64,000 nucleotides of DNA from an uncultured delta proteobacterium (lineage in GTDB: Bacteria > Myxococcota_A > Polyangia > Polyangiales > Polyangiaceae), in NCBI GenBank assembly GCA_963850305.1, contig CAWKKR010000011.1:96001-160000 (forward strand). The letters are read 5' to 3'. Under the pieces are notes generated by a model, which did no database searches, was not told the origin of the DNA, and saw only the letters and a list, made by a program, of their open reading frames with translations. The position numbers and the translations under genes were made by a program. Positions 11,648-20,658 of this stretch are shown piece after piece; the first letter of the stretch is position 1, and each line of letters starts with the position of its first letter.

Positions 11648-14058
11648 AACGGTGGGGCGGAGCAGTCCGTCGAGTGGGACTCGCGGCGTCATTGCTGGCG
11701 GGGGCTGCCGTATTCGGGTTCGTGGTGAACGAGCATTACCCGATCTCGCGCTGGCTCTTCTGGCACTACGCCGAATACTGGGCGGCCGCGGCGTTCTGGA
11801 CGGCCGCGTGTGGAGCTGCCGGAGACGCTTTCGTTCGGCGGCTCGTGCCGGAACTCCCCGCGTCCGAGCGCCTCGTGGGCGCGCTCAGCACCGGCCTCCT
11901 CGTCTTCTTTCTGGGCATGTTCGCGTGCGGGCTGCTGCACGTCTACGGCGCGATCTTTTTCTTCGCGTGGCCTCTCGCGATGCTGGGACTCGGCGGGAGA
12001 GGATTTTTTCGTTTCATGAGACGCCTGGGGCGTCATGTTCTGGCGAAACATCGTCGCTCATCGGTATCGCTCGTCGAAGTCGCCGTCGTTCTGTTCGGTC
12101 TGGTGGGCGTCGGGATGGTCTATTTCGAGATTCTCACACCCGGAAACGTCGCGTTCGACTCGCGCTGGTATCACCTCGCCATCGCAGAGCATTACGCTGC
12201 GGCGGGCGGGGTCGAACGTTTCAGCGAGGGCTGGTACCAGGGCGCGCTCCCCCACCTGGCCAGCTTAATCTACACATGGGCTTACCTTCTGCCTGCGAGC
12301 TCGGCTTTCGATCGCGTCGAGCTCGCTGCACACCTCGAGTTCGTCGTCTTCCTGTGGACGCTCTTCTCCATCCCCGTCCTCGTCCGCTGGACGATCGCTC
12401 GCGCACTTCACGACGTCGATCGTGACCGAAACGCGCATCCGAACGCTAGCGCATCGCAACTCTCGACGTGGGCCGCGGTCTTCGTGTTCCCCGGCATCTT
12501 TCTTTACGACTCATCGTTGGGCGGAGCCGCGGACCACATAGCCGCGTTCTGGGCCGTGCCCATCTTGCTGGCGTTCGTACGGGCCTGTCGCAGGCCCAGT
12601 CCGAGGAATTCCTTCTGGTTTGCCTTGCCCCTGGCAGGAGCGCTGCTCACCAAGTACCAGTCCGCTGCCCTGGTCGCATTTCCGGCGCTGGCGTTCGTCG
12701 CGCGCGTCACATGGCTCGTTCTTCGTCGCGATCCGAAGCGCACCTCGTCTCGTTTTCGGCCTCTGCTCGGGCTGATGACGACAGGCGTGGCGGGGCTGGT
12801 GCTCACCTCGCCCCACTGGCTGAAGAACTGGATCTGGTACGGCGACCCCATCTATCCGTTCCTCTATCGCAACCTGCACGTTCGACCCTGGACGGTCGAC
12901 TCTGCGAACTTCTTCGAACACGTGTTCAAGGGGGAGCAACTCTGGCGCCCGGCCGGCACGGTCGCCGAGCAACTCGAAGAGACGCTGAAGGCAATACCGA
13001 CCTTTTCATTCGTCCCGCACGATTGGTCGACCTTCCACGGCACCGTTCCCGTCTTCGGTTCGCTCTTCACGCTGACCCTCTTGCCCCTGCCCTTTCTCCG
13101 AAAAGCGGGGCGCCTCTGGCTGGTAGCAGCGTCGGCAAACACCGGCGTGTTCGTCTGGTACTGGATGTCGCACCAGGATCGGTATCTGCAAGCTTTGCTT
13201 CCGTGGATGGCCGTCGTGGTCGCGGGCACGGTCCGTCTGGTGTGGGCACGAGGGCGAGTGAACCGTATCCTGCTGACACTCCTCGTGGCACTGCAGATCA
13301 TCTGGGGCGGCGACGTCTATTTCCTGCCGACGCATGCGATGCTGGGGACCGCTCCCGCGAAGACGGTCATCGACCTTCTCTCATCCGGATATCGGAAGGA
13401 CTTCGGCGCGCGGGACAATCCATTCGGTGTCTTCGGCGAGGTTGCGGCTCGTCTTCCGCCGCACGCAAAGGTGCTCGTCCACGATAGGCACGATCACCTG
13501 GGCATCCAGGCGATGTCCGTCGCGGATGAGGGGGCATGGGTCGGTGGTATCAGCTACGGACGCATTGCGTCCCCGCGCGCTTTCTACGATCAGATGCGCG
13601 GCATGGGCGTGACCCATTTCCTGTGGTCTTCGCACTCCAACGGGGCCGATAGCCTGGCAGGGGATCTCGTATTTTTCACATTCATGGCTCGCTACGTGGA
13701 GGGCACACAGTCGATTTCTGGCCTGTTCCTGTCCAAGATGCCGTCCGATGCGCCGCCGGCGAGTCCGTGGCGCGAGTCGATGGTTGCGGTCTTCATTTGT
13801 TCCGAGGGATACGCTCCGGGGCTCTATCGCTTGCGCGATCTCACGGTCCCGACGGTCGGTCCGCGTCGCTACCCGCGCCCACGCGAGAGACTCGGAGCAG
13901 ACATGAACCCCATGAGCCTCGTCGAGAAAAGCCAGTCCGTCGCGTGGGGCCCGAAGTGCAAACCGCACGTATCGCTCACGCTCGGATCGCCGTTTCGAAA
14001 GGTCGCGGGGCGAGCCGGAAACGAGCTCTGGGTGCGCACCGACGCGCCGCCGCGCTGA
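11644..14058 (+). CDS. Multi-TM membrane protein, putative GT-C fold glycosyltransferase (paralog 2)
   Basis: 804 aa with many hydrophobic segments; FDSRWYHLAIAEHY, LTKYQ, NWIWYGDPIYP and QDRYLQALLP motifs; soluble C-terminal domain. Confidence 0.7.
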   Translation: MKRWGGAVRRVGLAASLLAGAAVFGFVVNEHYPISRWLFWHYAEYWAAAAFWTAACGAAGDAFVRRLVPELPASERLVGALSTGLLVFFLGMFACGLLHVYGAIFFFAWPLAMLGLGGRGFFRFMRRLGRHVLAKHRRSSVSLVEVAVVLFGLVGVGMVYFEILTPGNVAFDSRWYHLAIAEHYAAAGGVERFSEGWYQGALPHLASLIYTWAYLLPASSAFDRVELAAHLEFVVFLWTLFSIPVLVRWTIARALHDVDRDRNAHPNASASQLSTWAAVFVFPGIFLYDSSLGGAADHIAAFWAVPILLAFVRACRRPSPRNSFWFALPLAGALLTKYQSAALVAFPALAFVARVTWLVLRRDPKRTSSRFRPLLGLMTTGVAGLVLTSPHWLKNWIWYGDPIYPFLYRNLHVRPWTVDSANFFEHVFKGEQLWRPAGTVAEQLEETLKAIPTFSFVPHDWSTFHGTVPVFGSLFTLTLLPLPFLRKAGRLWLVAASANTGVFVWYWMSHQDRYLQALLPWMAVVVAGTVRLVWARGRVNRILLTLLVALQIIWGGDVYFLPTHAMLGTAPAKTVIDLLSSGYRKDFGARDNPFGVFGEVAARLPPHAKVLVHDRHDHLGIQAMSVADEGAWVGGISYGRIASPRAFYDQMRGMGVTHFLWSSHSNGADSLAGDLVFFTFMARYVEGTQSISGLFLSKMPSDAPPASPWRESMVAVFICSEGYAPGLYRLRDLTVPTVGPRRYPRPRERLGADMNPMSLVEKSQSVAWGPKCKPHVSLTLGSPFRKVAGRAGNELWVRTDAPPR

Positions 14059-14067
14059 GGCATTCCG
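13946..14067 (+). repeat. 122-bp direct repeat, copy 1 (3' end of paralog 2 plus 9 bp past the stop)
   Basis: ggggcccgaagtgcaaaccgcac...ccgcgctgaggcattccg recurs 810 bp downstream with 2 mismatches. Confidence 0.95.
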
Positions 14068-14111
14068 ACTGCTCCCCTCCCCAACCCGCCCCTCGGAGTA
14101 CCGGTCTACCC

Positions 14112-14752
14112 GCCGTGGTAACCACTTCACGCGCCGTGAGGACACCTCCGTCGGCCGTGATACCCCCTTCACACGCCGTGAGGAGGCGTCCGTCGGCCGT
14201 GAGACCCGCTTCACACGCCGTGAGGACACCTCCGTCGGCTGTGATACCCGCTTCACACGCCGTGAGGACGCGCCCGTCGGCAGCGCGGACGCGTTCTCAC
14301 GGCCGTGATACCCACTTCACGCGTCGTGAGGACACCTCCGTCGGCCGTGATACCCACTTCACGCGCCGTGAGGAGGCGTCCGTCGGCCGTGATACCCGCT
14401 TCACACGCCGTGAGGACACCTCCGTCGGCCGTGATAACCCCTTCACACGCCGTGAGGACGCGCCCGTCGGCAGCGCGGACGCGTTCTCACGGCCGTGAGA
14501 CCCGCTTCACACGCCGTGAGGACGCGTGCCCGTCGGCCGTGAGACCCGCTTCACACGCCGTGAGGACACCTCCGTCGGCCGTGGTAACCACTTCACGCGC
14601 CGTGAGGACGCGCCCGTCGGCAGCGCGGACGCGTTCTCACGGCCGTGAGACCCGCTTCACACGCCGTGAGGACACCTCCGTCGGCCGTGGTAACCACTTC
14701 ACGCGCCGTGAGGACGCGTCCGTCGGCCGTGGTAACCGCTTCACGCACCGTG
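14112..14752 (+). repeat. Modular tandem array of 21-bp units: (AB)4-C-(AB)4-C-(AB)3-C-(AB)2-A
   Basis: A is approximately gccgtgatacccgcttcacac (14 copies). B is approximately gccgtgaggacacctccgtcg (13 copies). C is gcagcgcggacgcgttctcacg (22 bp, 3 identical copies at 14280, 14470 and 14620). Confidence 0.95.
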
Positions 14753-14755
14753 CAA

Positions 14756-14877
14756 GGGGCCCGAAGTGCAAACCGCACGGATCGCTCACGCTCGGATCGG
14801 CGTTTCGAAAGGTCGCGGGGCGAGCCGGAAACGAGCTCTGGGTGCGCACCGACGCGCCGCCGCGCTGAGGCATTCCG
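14756..14877 (+). repeat. 122-bp direct repeat, copy 2
   Basis: Matches 13946-14067 except T>G (13970/14780) and C>G (13990/14800). Confidence 0.95.
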
Positions 14878-14937
14878 TGTCTTGCGCCCGATGCCCCCCC
14901 GTTTCCCGTCCCCTTCCGCAATGCTAAGGAGACGCCC

Positions 14938-16140
14938 ATGGAAGCGTCCGCGTCGGCTCTCCTCGCTTCGGCGGGAGCCCACCTTTACCCGAACTATCGT
15001 CAACCTCCGCTGGTCCTCGCGCACGGGCGTGGAACGGAAGTGTGGGACCTCGACGGCAAGCGGTACCTGGATCTCGCGGCGGGCATCGCCGTCAATTCGC
15101 TCGGGCACGCGCATCCCGCGCTCGTGAAGGCGGTGTCGGAGCAAGCCGCGAAGCTCATCCACGTCTCGAATTACTTTTACAACGAACCGAACATTCGCCT
15201 CGCGGAGCGCCTCACGCGCCTCACGCGAATGGATCGCGCCTTCTTCTGCAACTCGGGGACCGAGGCGATCGAAGCGTGCCTCAAGCTCGCGCGCCGTCAC
15301 TTCTTCTCGAAAGGAGAAGAGGCGCGTCATCGCGTGATCGCGTTCGAACAATCGTTTCACGGACGCACGCTCGGCGCCCTCGCCGCGACGGGACAGAAGG
15401 CGTATCGCGACGGGTTCGGGCCGCTCGGCGGCGTGACGCACGTTCCGTTCGGCGACCTCGGCGCGGCTCGCGCGACGCTCGGCAAAGACGTGGCCGCCAT
15501 CCTCGTCGAACCGGTTCAAGGCGAGGGCGGCGTCGTACCCGCGCCGGACGGCTTCCTCGCAGGTCTGAGGAAATTGGCGGACGAGCACGGCGCTCTCCTC
15601 ATCGCGGATGAAGTGCAGACCGGCGTCGGGCGCACCGGAAAGTTTCTCGCGTTCGAGCACGCCGGTGTCGAGCCCGACGTGGTGGCGCTCGCCAAGGGCC
15701 TCGGCGGCGGTCTCCCCATCGGCGCGATGCTCTGCAAGAACGCGCTCGCGGAAGCCCTCCCGGCGGGCAGCCACGGCTCGACGTTCGGCGGCAATCCCCT
15801 CGCCTCCGCAGCGGCCCTTGCCGTCCTCGACACGCTCGAAAAAGAGGGCCTCGTCGCGGGAGCCAGGGACAAGGGACAGAAGCTTTCCGGGTTGCTCGAG
15901 GGTTTGTTGGGGACCCATCCGCGGGTCGTCGCGGGGGTTCGCGGGCTCGGCCTGTTACAGGCCCTGGTCATCCAAGACGGGGTCGACGCCCGCACGATCG
16001 CCGGAAATCTACGGGATGCGGGCGTGCTCGTGACGGTCGCGGGGGGCCACGGGCTCCGCTTCTCCCCGCCCCTGACGGTGAGCGTCGCGGAGCTCGAAGA
16101 GGGCGTCGCCATCGCGAGCCGGGTGCTCGCGGTGCTCTGA
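14938..16140 (+). CDS. argD: Acetylornithine aminotransferase
   Basis: GIAVNSLGH, FFCNSGTEA, SFHGRT, EPVQGEGG, DEVQTG, LAKGLGGG and HGSTFGGNP motifs; AAGGAG RBS at 14926-14931; adjacent to argF. Confidence 0.92.
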   Translation: MEASASALLASAGAHLYPNYRQPPLVLAHGRGTEVWDLDGKRYLDLAAGIAVNSLGHAHPALVKAVSEQAAKLIHVSNYFYNEPNIRLAERLTRLTRMDRAFFCNSGTEAIEACLKLARRHFFSKGEEARHRVIAFEQSFHGRTLGALAATGQKAYRDGFGPLGGVTHVPFGDLGAARATLGKDVAAILVEPVQGEGGVVPAPDGFLAGLRKLADEHGALLIADEVQTGVGRTGKFLAFEHAGVEPDVVALAKGLGGGLPIGAMLCKNALAEALPAGSHGSTFGGNPLASAAALAVLDTLEKEGLVAGARDKGQKLSGLLEGLLGTHPRVVAGVRGLGLLQALVIQDGVDARTIAGNLRDAGVLVTVAGGHGLRFSPPLTVSVAELEEGVAIASRVLAVL

Positions 16141-16189
16141 CATCTCCGTGATCGACCCAGCTCAGCGCTGGGTCTAGGCTCCGAACCCC

Positions 16190-17104
16190 ATGCCTCGTCA
16201 TCTCACGAACCTGACCGACCTCGGTCCCGGTGGACTCGTGCGACTGCTCGACGCGTCGGATCGCTTCCTCGCGACGCGGGGGTCGGCATCCGCGCCGCGG
16301 CCCCTCGCGGGGAAGTCGGTCGCCCTCGTGTTCGAGAAGGCGTCGACGCGGACGCGCCTCTCGCTGGAGGTCGCCGTCTACGAGCTCGGCGGGCACCCCG
16401 TCGTGCTCTCGAGTGCCGGGTCACAGATTGGCCGCGGTGAACCGATCGCCGACACGGCGCGGGTGCTGACGCGAATGGTGCACGCCATCACGTTCCGCAC
16501 GTTCGCCGCCGGGCGGCTCGAGGAGCTCGTGAAGCACAGCACGGTGCCGGTGCTGAACGCGCTCACGGATGCGGGCCACCCGATGCAGCTCCTCGCCGAC
16601 CTGCAGACGGTCCGGCGACGTCGGAAGCAGCTGGAGGGGCTCCGGTACGCGTGGGTCGGCGACGGCAACAACATGGCAAACTCGTGGATCGAAGCCGCGG
16701 GGCTGCTCCGGCTCGAGCTCGTGCTCGCGTGTCCTGCCGGCTACGACCCGGACTCCACCCTGGTGTCTTCGGCGAATGCGCTCGGCGCCAAGGTACGCGT
16801 CGTTCGAGATCCGCGCGACGCGGTGGACGGCGCCCACGTGGTGAGCACGGACGTGTTCGCGAGCATGGGACAAGAAGTGGAGCAGCAAGAGCGAGCGGCG
16901 GCGTTCCGCGGGTTCACGGTGAACCGCGCGCTCCTGCGCGGCGCCGCGCCCGACGTCACGGTCCTCCACTGTCTGCCCGCCCATCGCGGCGAGGAGATCG
17001 AAGCCGAGGTCATCGACGCCCCGACGAGCGCCGTCTGGGACCAAGCCGAGGCGAGGTTACACACCGCGAAGGCCGCGCTCGCCTGGTCGCTCGGTGATGA
17101 CTGA
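16190..17104 (+). CDS. argF: Ornithine carbamoyltransferase
   Basis: FEKASTRT, HPMQ, GDGNNMANS, SMGQE and HCLPAHRGEE motifs. Confidence 0.95.
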   Translation: MPRHLTNLTDLGPGGLVRLLDASDRFLATRGSASAPRPLAGKSVALVFEKASTRTRLSLEVAVYELGGHPVVLSSAGSQIGRGEPIADTARVLTRMVHAITFRTFAAGRLEELVKHSTVPVLNALTDAGHPMQLLADLQTVRRRRKQLEGLRYAWVGDGNNMANSWIEAAGLLRLELVLACPAGYDPDSTLVSSANALGAKVRVVRDPRDAVDGAHVVSTDVFASMGQEVEQQERAAAFRGFTVNRALLRGAAPDVTVLHCLPAHRGEEIEAEVIDAPTSAVWDQAEARLHTAKAALAWSLGDD

Positions 17105-19350
17105 GTCGACGCGGGCCCCCGTGTTGCCGCGCGCTGCTCGAGAGGTTGCCTGCTCCACGTGCGGGGGCCCCGTGGATCCGCTGCGGGCCGCGCGAGTGGC
17201 GGCGTTCGAGGACAAGTTTCGCTACTTCTGCAGCGCCGCGTGCCACGAACGTTACGACTCGAACGCCGGACGCACGCCGCTGCCCCTGCCGCGTCGCCCC
17301 GCGCGTCCGGTATCGCACGAAACCCCGACGGCGGAGGAGGCGGCCCGCGTATCGGCCCTCCGAACCGCTGCGGCGCTCGCAGCCGTGGCGGGCGACGGCA
17401 TCGACGAAGTCCGGAGGAGTGCGGACCCGTCCACGCCGGTCGACGAGGAGCCGCTGGAAATCGGCGGCGGGCGACGTCCCGGCGCCGATCGACGTCGGAG
17501 CGCTGCTCGTCGCCATCTCGGCGGTCTCGGGGTGCCTCGCGGCCGCGCTGGTGCTCGTCGGACCGTCGTCGATTGCGCTCACGGCGCGCCTCGTGCTCGC
17601 GCTCGTCGCGGTCGGGTCGTTCGTGGCCCACGCGTTCACCACGCCGCGCGGCGCCAGCGGGCTCCATCCCGCGCTGAGCGTCGCGGCGCCGATCGCCGCC
17701 GCCACGGTGGCGGTGCTCGCGCGCGCGCTCGAGCACCCCGACGCGAGCGAGATGATCGGCTTCGCGGGGATCCTGGTGGCTAGCCTCGCGATCATCGTCT
17801 GGCTGGTCGATCGCGCGGCCCATCCGATCGACGTCGAACGCGCGCTCGTCGGCGAGAGCCTTGCCGTCACCGGTCACCGCGTGATCGGCGACGACGTCGC
17901 GGACGCACCGGTGGACGATCTCCGGGCCGGGGAGGAGCTCGTCGTCGAAGCGGGCGAGATCGTGCCGGTCGACGCGACCGTCATCGCGGGTTCCGCCCTC
18001 GTCAACCCGTGGCTCGGCGCGCTGGCGAGGGTCCGTCGCGAAGAGGGGGATGCCGTCGTCGCGGGTGCTCGCGTCGTCGAGGGCCGGCTCCGCGCCGTGG
18101 CGGGCTGGACGGGAAACGATCGGGCGTGGATGCGGCTGACGCATGACTCGAGACGCCGCGCCGACGTGCACGCGCCGCTGTCACGGCTCGGCCAGAACCT
18201 CGCGATCCGCGGCTCGCTCGTCGCCGCGGTCGTGGCGGCCCTGGCCGGATTCTCGGCGGACAAGGACCCCCTCGTCATCGCGACGTTCGCCATCGCGGCC
18301 TTCGCCGCGCTCGCGAACGCGGCCGTGTCGCGCCTCCCTTCGCTGTATGCCGGACAGACCGTGCTCGCGGCGCTCCGCCGCGGCGTCGTCTTCCGGACCG
18401 CGGACGCGCTCGATCGCGCGGGGCGTGTTTCGACCGCCGCGTTCTGCGCGCGCGGCACGCTGCTCCTCGGCGAGCCGGAGGTCGCGAACATCGACGCCTT
18501 CGCCAGCGCCGAGCCGGAGGCGGTCCTCGCATTGATCGCGGGAACGGAGACCGGTGCGGCGCATCCGACCGCGGTGGCAATCCAGCGCGCCGCGCGCGCG
18601 CGCGGCGTGCGCCCCGACGGGGTCCGCAGCCCTGCGACGCAGCCGGGGCTCGGCGTCACCGCCGTCGCGGCCAGCGGCCAGACGCTCGTCGTCGGGAGCC
18701 GCGGGCTCATGCTGCGCGAACGGATCAGCGTCGCGCTCGCGGAATCGCGCATCACGGAGCTCGAGGCCATGGGGCGCACGGTGCTCCTCGTCGCGCTCGG
18801 AGGGAAACTCGTCGGGCTCCTCGGGCTTCAGGATGGACTCCGTCCCGGGGCGCGCGCGGCGGTGCAGCACGTGCTCAACGCCGGGCTCGAACCCGTGCTG
18901 CTCTCGGGCGACACCCGGGAGACCTGCGAAGCCCTCGGCCGAGCGGTGGACATCGATCACATTCGCCCCGAGGTGCTGCCGGCCGACCGCGGCGACGAGA
19001 TCCGGCGGCTTTCCGACGGCGGTGCCGTCGTCGCGGTCCTCGGCCGAAGCCCCACGGACGATCCCGCTCTTTCGGCAGCGGACGTGTCCGTCGCGCTAAA
19101 CTCGGCTGGTTCGAGCTCCGCCGAGTGGAGCATTCAGCTCGCCTCCGACGACGTCCGCGACGGTGCATTCGCGCTGCGACTCGCGCACGATTGTCGCAAA
19201 GACGCGACCCTGTCGTTGCTGTGGGCCGCGGGACCGAGCGTGGGGTGCGCGCTGCTCGTCGGACTGTCCATGGTCCCCGTCGTGACGCCTGCTCTTGCGG
19301 CGCTGGCGGGAAGCGCGGTTGCCGTGTCGAGGCTGCGGGCGCGGCGATGA
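17097..19350 (+). CDS. Degenerate P1B-type (heavy-metal) ATPase-like protein with N-terminal YHS/TRASH-like metal-binding motif; apparent +1 frameshift near 17459
   Basis: The N-terminal frame has CSTCGGPVD...YFCSAAC. The main frame has P1B-like segments GEIVPVDATV, HP, PGLGV, LQDGLRPGA, LSGD, EVLPADR and PALSAADV. Catalytic motifs are altered (see findings). Confidence 0.75.
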
Positions 19351-19357
19351 ACGGAGG

Positions 19358-19404
19358 CCCTTGCCCTCCACCCTCGCCCTCGCCCCTTGCCCTCCACCCT
19401 CGCC
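19358..19404 (-). repeat. 21-bp direct repeat / seven C3 tracts (potential G-quadruplex on minus strand) upstream of fur
   Basis: cccttgccctccaccctcgcc at 19358-19378 and 19384-19404. Confidence 0.55.
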
Positions 19405-19505
19405 TCCGCCCCGCGAAAACACACCTCGCCTTGACCCTGGCCCCCATCGGGCGATAGCTCTTGTCAGTGTCGATCGGGGACGAGCGCGGACAGAAGACCA
19501 CCGGG

Positions 19506-19973
19506 ATGAGGCTCCCGCGGCCCGACGTCGGGCGGTTGCGGCGGAACCTCGAGACGTACATGTCGCGCAAGGGGCTCCGGTCCACCGAACAGCGGCGGCT
19601 CATCGTGGAGACTTTCTTCGAGACGCCGGAGCACGTGACGCTCGATCGGTTGCTGGAGCGAGTGCGCGAGGTGGACTCGCGCATCGGGTACGCCACCGTT
19701 TACCGGACGATGAAGATGCTGTCGGACGGCGGGGTCGCGCACGAGCAGAAATTCGGCGACGGACTGACGCGGTACGAGCTCGCGGACGGCGACGCGCACC
19801 ACGACCATCTGATCTGCATGGACTGCGGCCGCATTCAGGAGTTCGAGGAGCCGCAGATCGAGCAGCTCCAGGACCGCGTGGCGCACCGTCACGGGTTCGA
19901 GGTGCACCACCACAAGCATGAGCTTTACGGACGCTGCGGGACCTGCGCCGCGAAGCTCGGCCGGCTTCGCTGA
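19506..19973 (+). CDS. fur: Fur family transcriptional regulator
   Basis: GLRSTEQRRLI, IGYATVYRT, HHDHLICMDCG and LYGRCGTC motifs. Confidence 0.92.
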   Translation: MRLPRPDVGRLRRNLETYMSRKGLRSTEQRRLIVETFFETPEHVTLDRLLERVREVDSRIGYATVYRTMKMLSDGGVAHEQKFGDGLTRYELADGDAHHDHLICMDCGRIQEFEEPQIEQLQDRVAHRHGFEVHHHKHELYGRCGTCAAKLGRLR

Positions 19974-19974
19974 A

Positions 19975-20589
19975 TCACGGTAGGAGCAGGCGCGCGTCGG
20001 TGACGACGATGTCGCACGCAACGTCGCCCTCGGTCGTGGGCAACTCCGCGAGGAGCTGGAAATCGAAGGCGACCACGACGGCGCGCGCCGGCGGCCGGAA
20101 CCGCGGCAGGATCTCGTCGTAAAATCCGGAACCGTAGCCGAGGCGATGCCCGTGCTCCGACACGCCGAGGGCCGGCACGACGATGACGTCGATCTCCCCG
20201 CCATGCGCGAGAACGGCGCTCGCGCTCGGTTCGAGAAAGCCGCGGCCGGTCTCGGCGAGCTCGCCGAGAGCGCCCACCCGCGCGAACTCCGGCGTGGATT
20301 CTTCTCGACCCGGGTCCGACCGGATCAGCGGATAGAAGACGCCCGTGCCCCTGGCCCGGAGCGCGGCGTCCAGGGCCCGGAGGTCGACCTCGGCTTCCAT
20401 CGGGTGGAAGAGGGCGACGGCGTGGGCGCGGGTCACCTCCGGCAAACCGAGTAGCCGCTCGACGATCGCGTGACTCCTCACGGCGAGCGCGGCGGGGGGT
20501 ATCGCGTTCCGAAGCGCCCGCATCCGGCCACGGAGCTGCCGCTTGGCCCGGTACTTGAGCGCTTCGAGCGCTGGCCCTTCGAGATCCAT
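19975..20589 (-). CDS. 5-formyltetrahydrofolate cyclo-ligase
   Basis: KRQLR, EVD, GFLEP, IDVIVVP, RLGYGSGFYD and DIVVT motifs. Confidence 0.9.
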   Translation of the reverse strand: MDLEGPALEALKYRAKRQLRGRMRALRNAIPPAALAVRSHAIVERLLGLPEVTRAHAVALFHPMEAEVDLRALDAALRARGTGVFYPLIRSDPGREESTPEFARVGALGELAETGRGFLEPSASAVLAHGGEIDVIVVPALGVSEHGHRLGYGSGFYDEILPRFRPPARAVVVAFDFQLLAELPTTEGDVACDIVVTDARLLLP

Positions 20590-20658
20590 CGGTACGCGAG
20601 CCTACAACGGCGCGGCGCATTCTGTTGTAGAGTGAAGGACCGATTTTTCTCCGCGAAG

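Noticed and set aside
14112..14752. CRISPR array
   Set aside because: There are no unique spacers: the intervening units are themselves repeated, and no cas genes lie in the window.
13381..14868. Repeat-derived ORFs (13381-14256, 13767-14498, 14305-14868) as real genes
   Set aside because: They are open only because the repeat lacks stops in several frames. The 22-bp and 23-bp units switch frames, and no RBS or start context is evident.
13946..14877. Diversity-generating retroelement VR/TR pair
   Set aside because: Only two mismatches, which do not show the adenine-specific pattern (the downstream copy has G at both positions), and no reverse transcriptase nearby.
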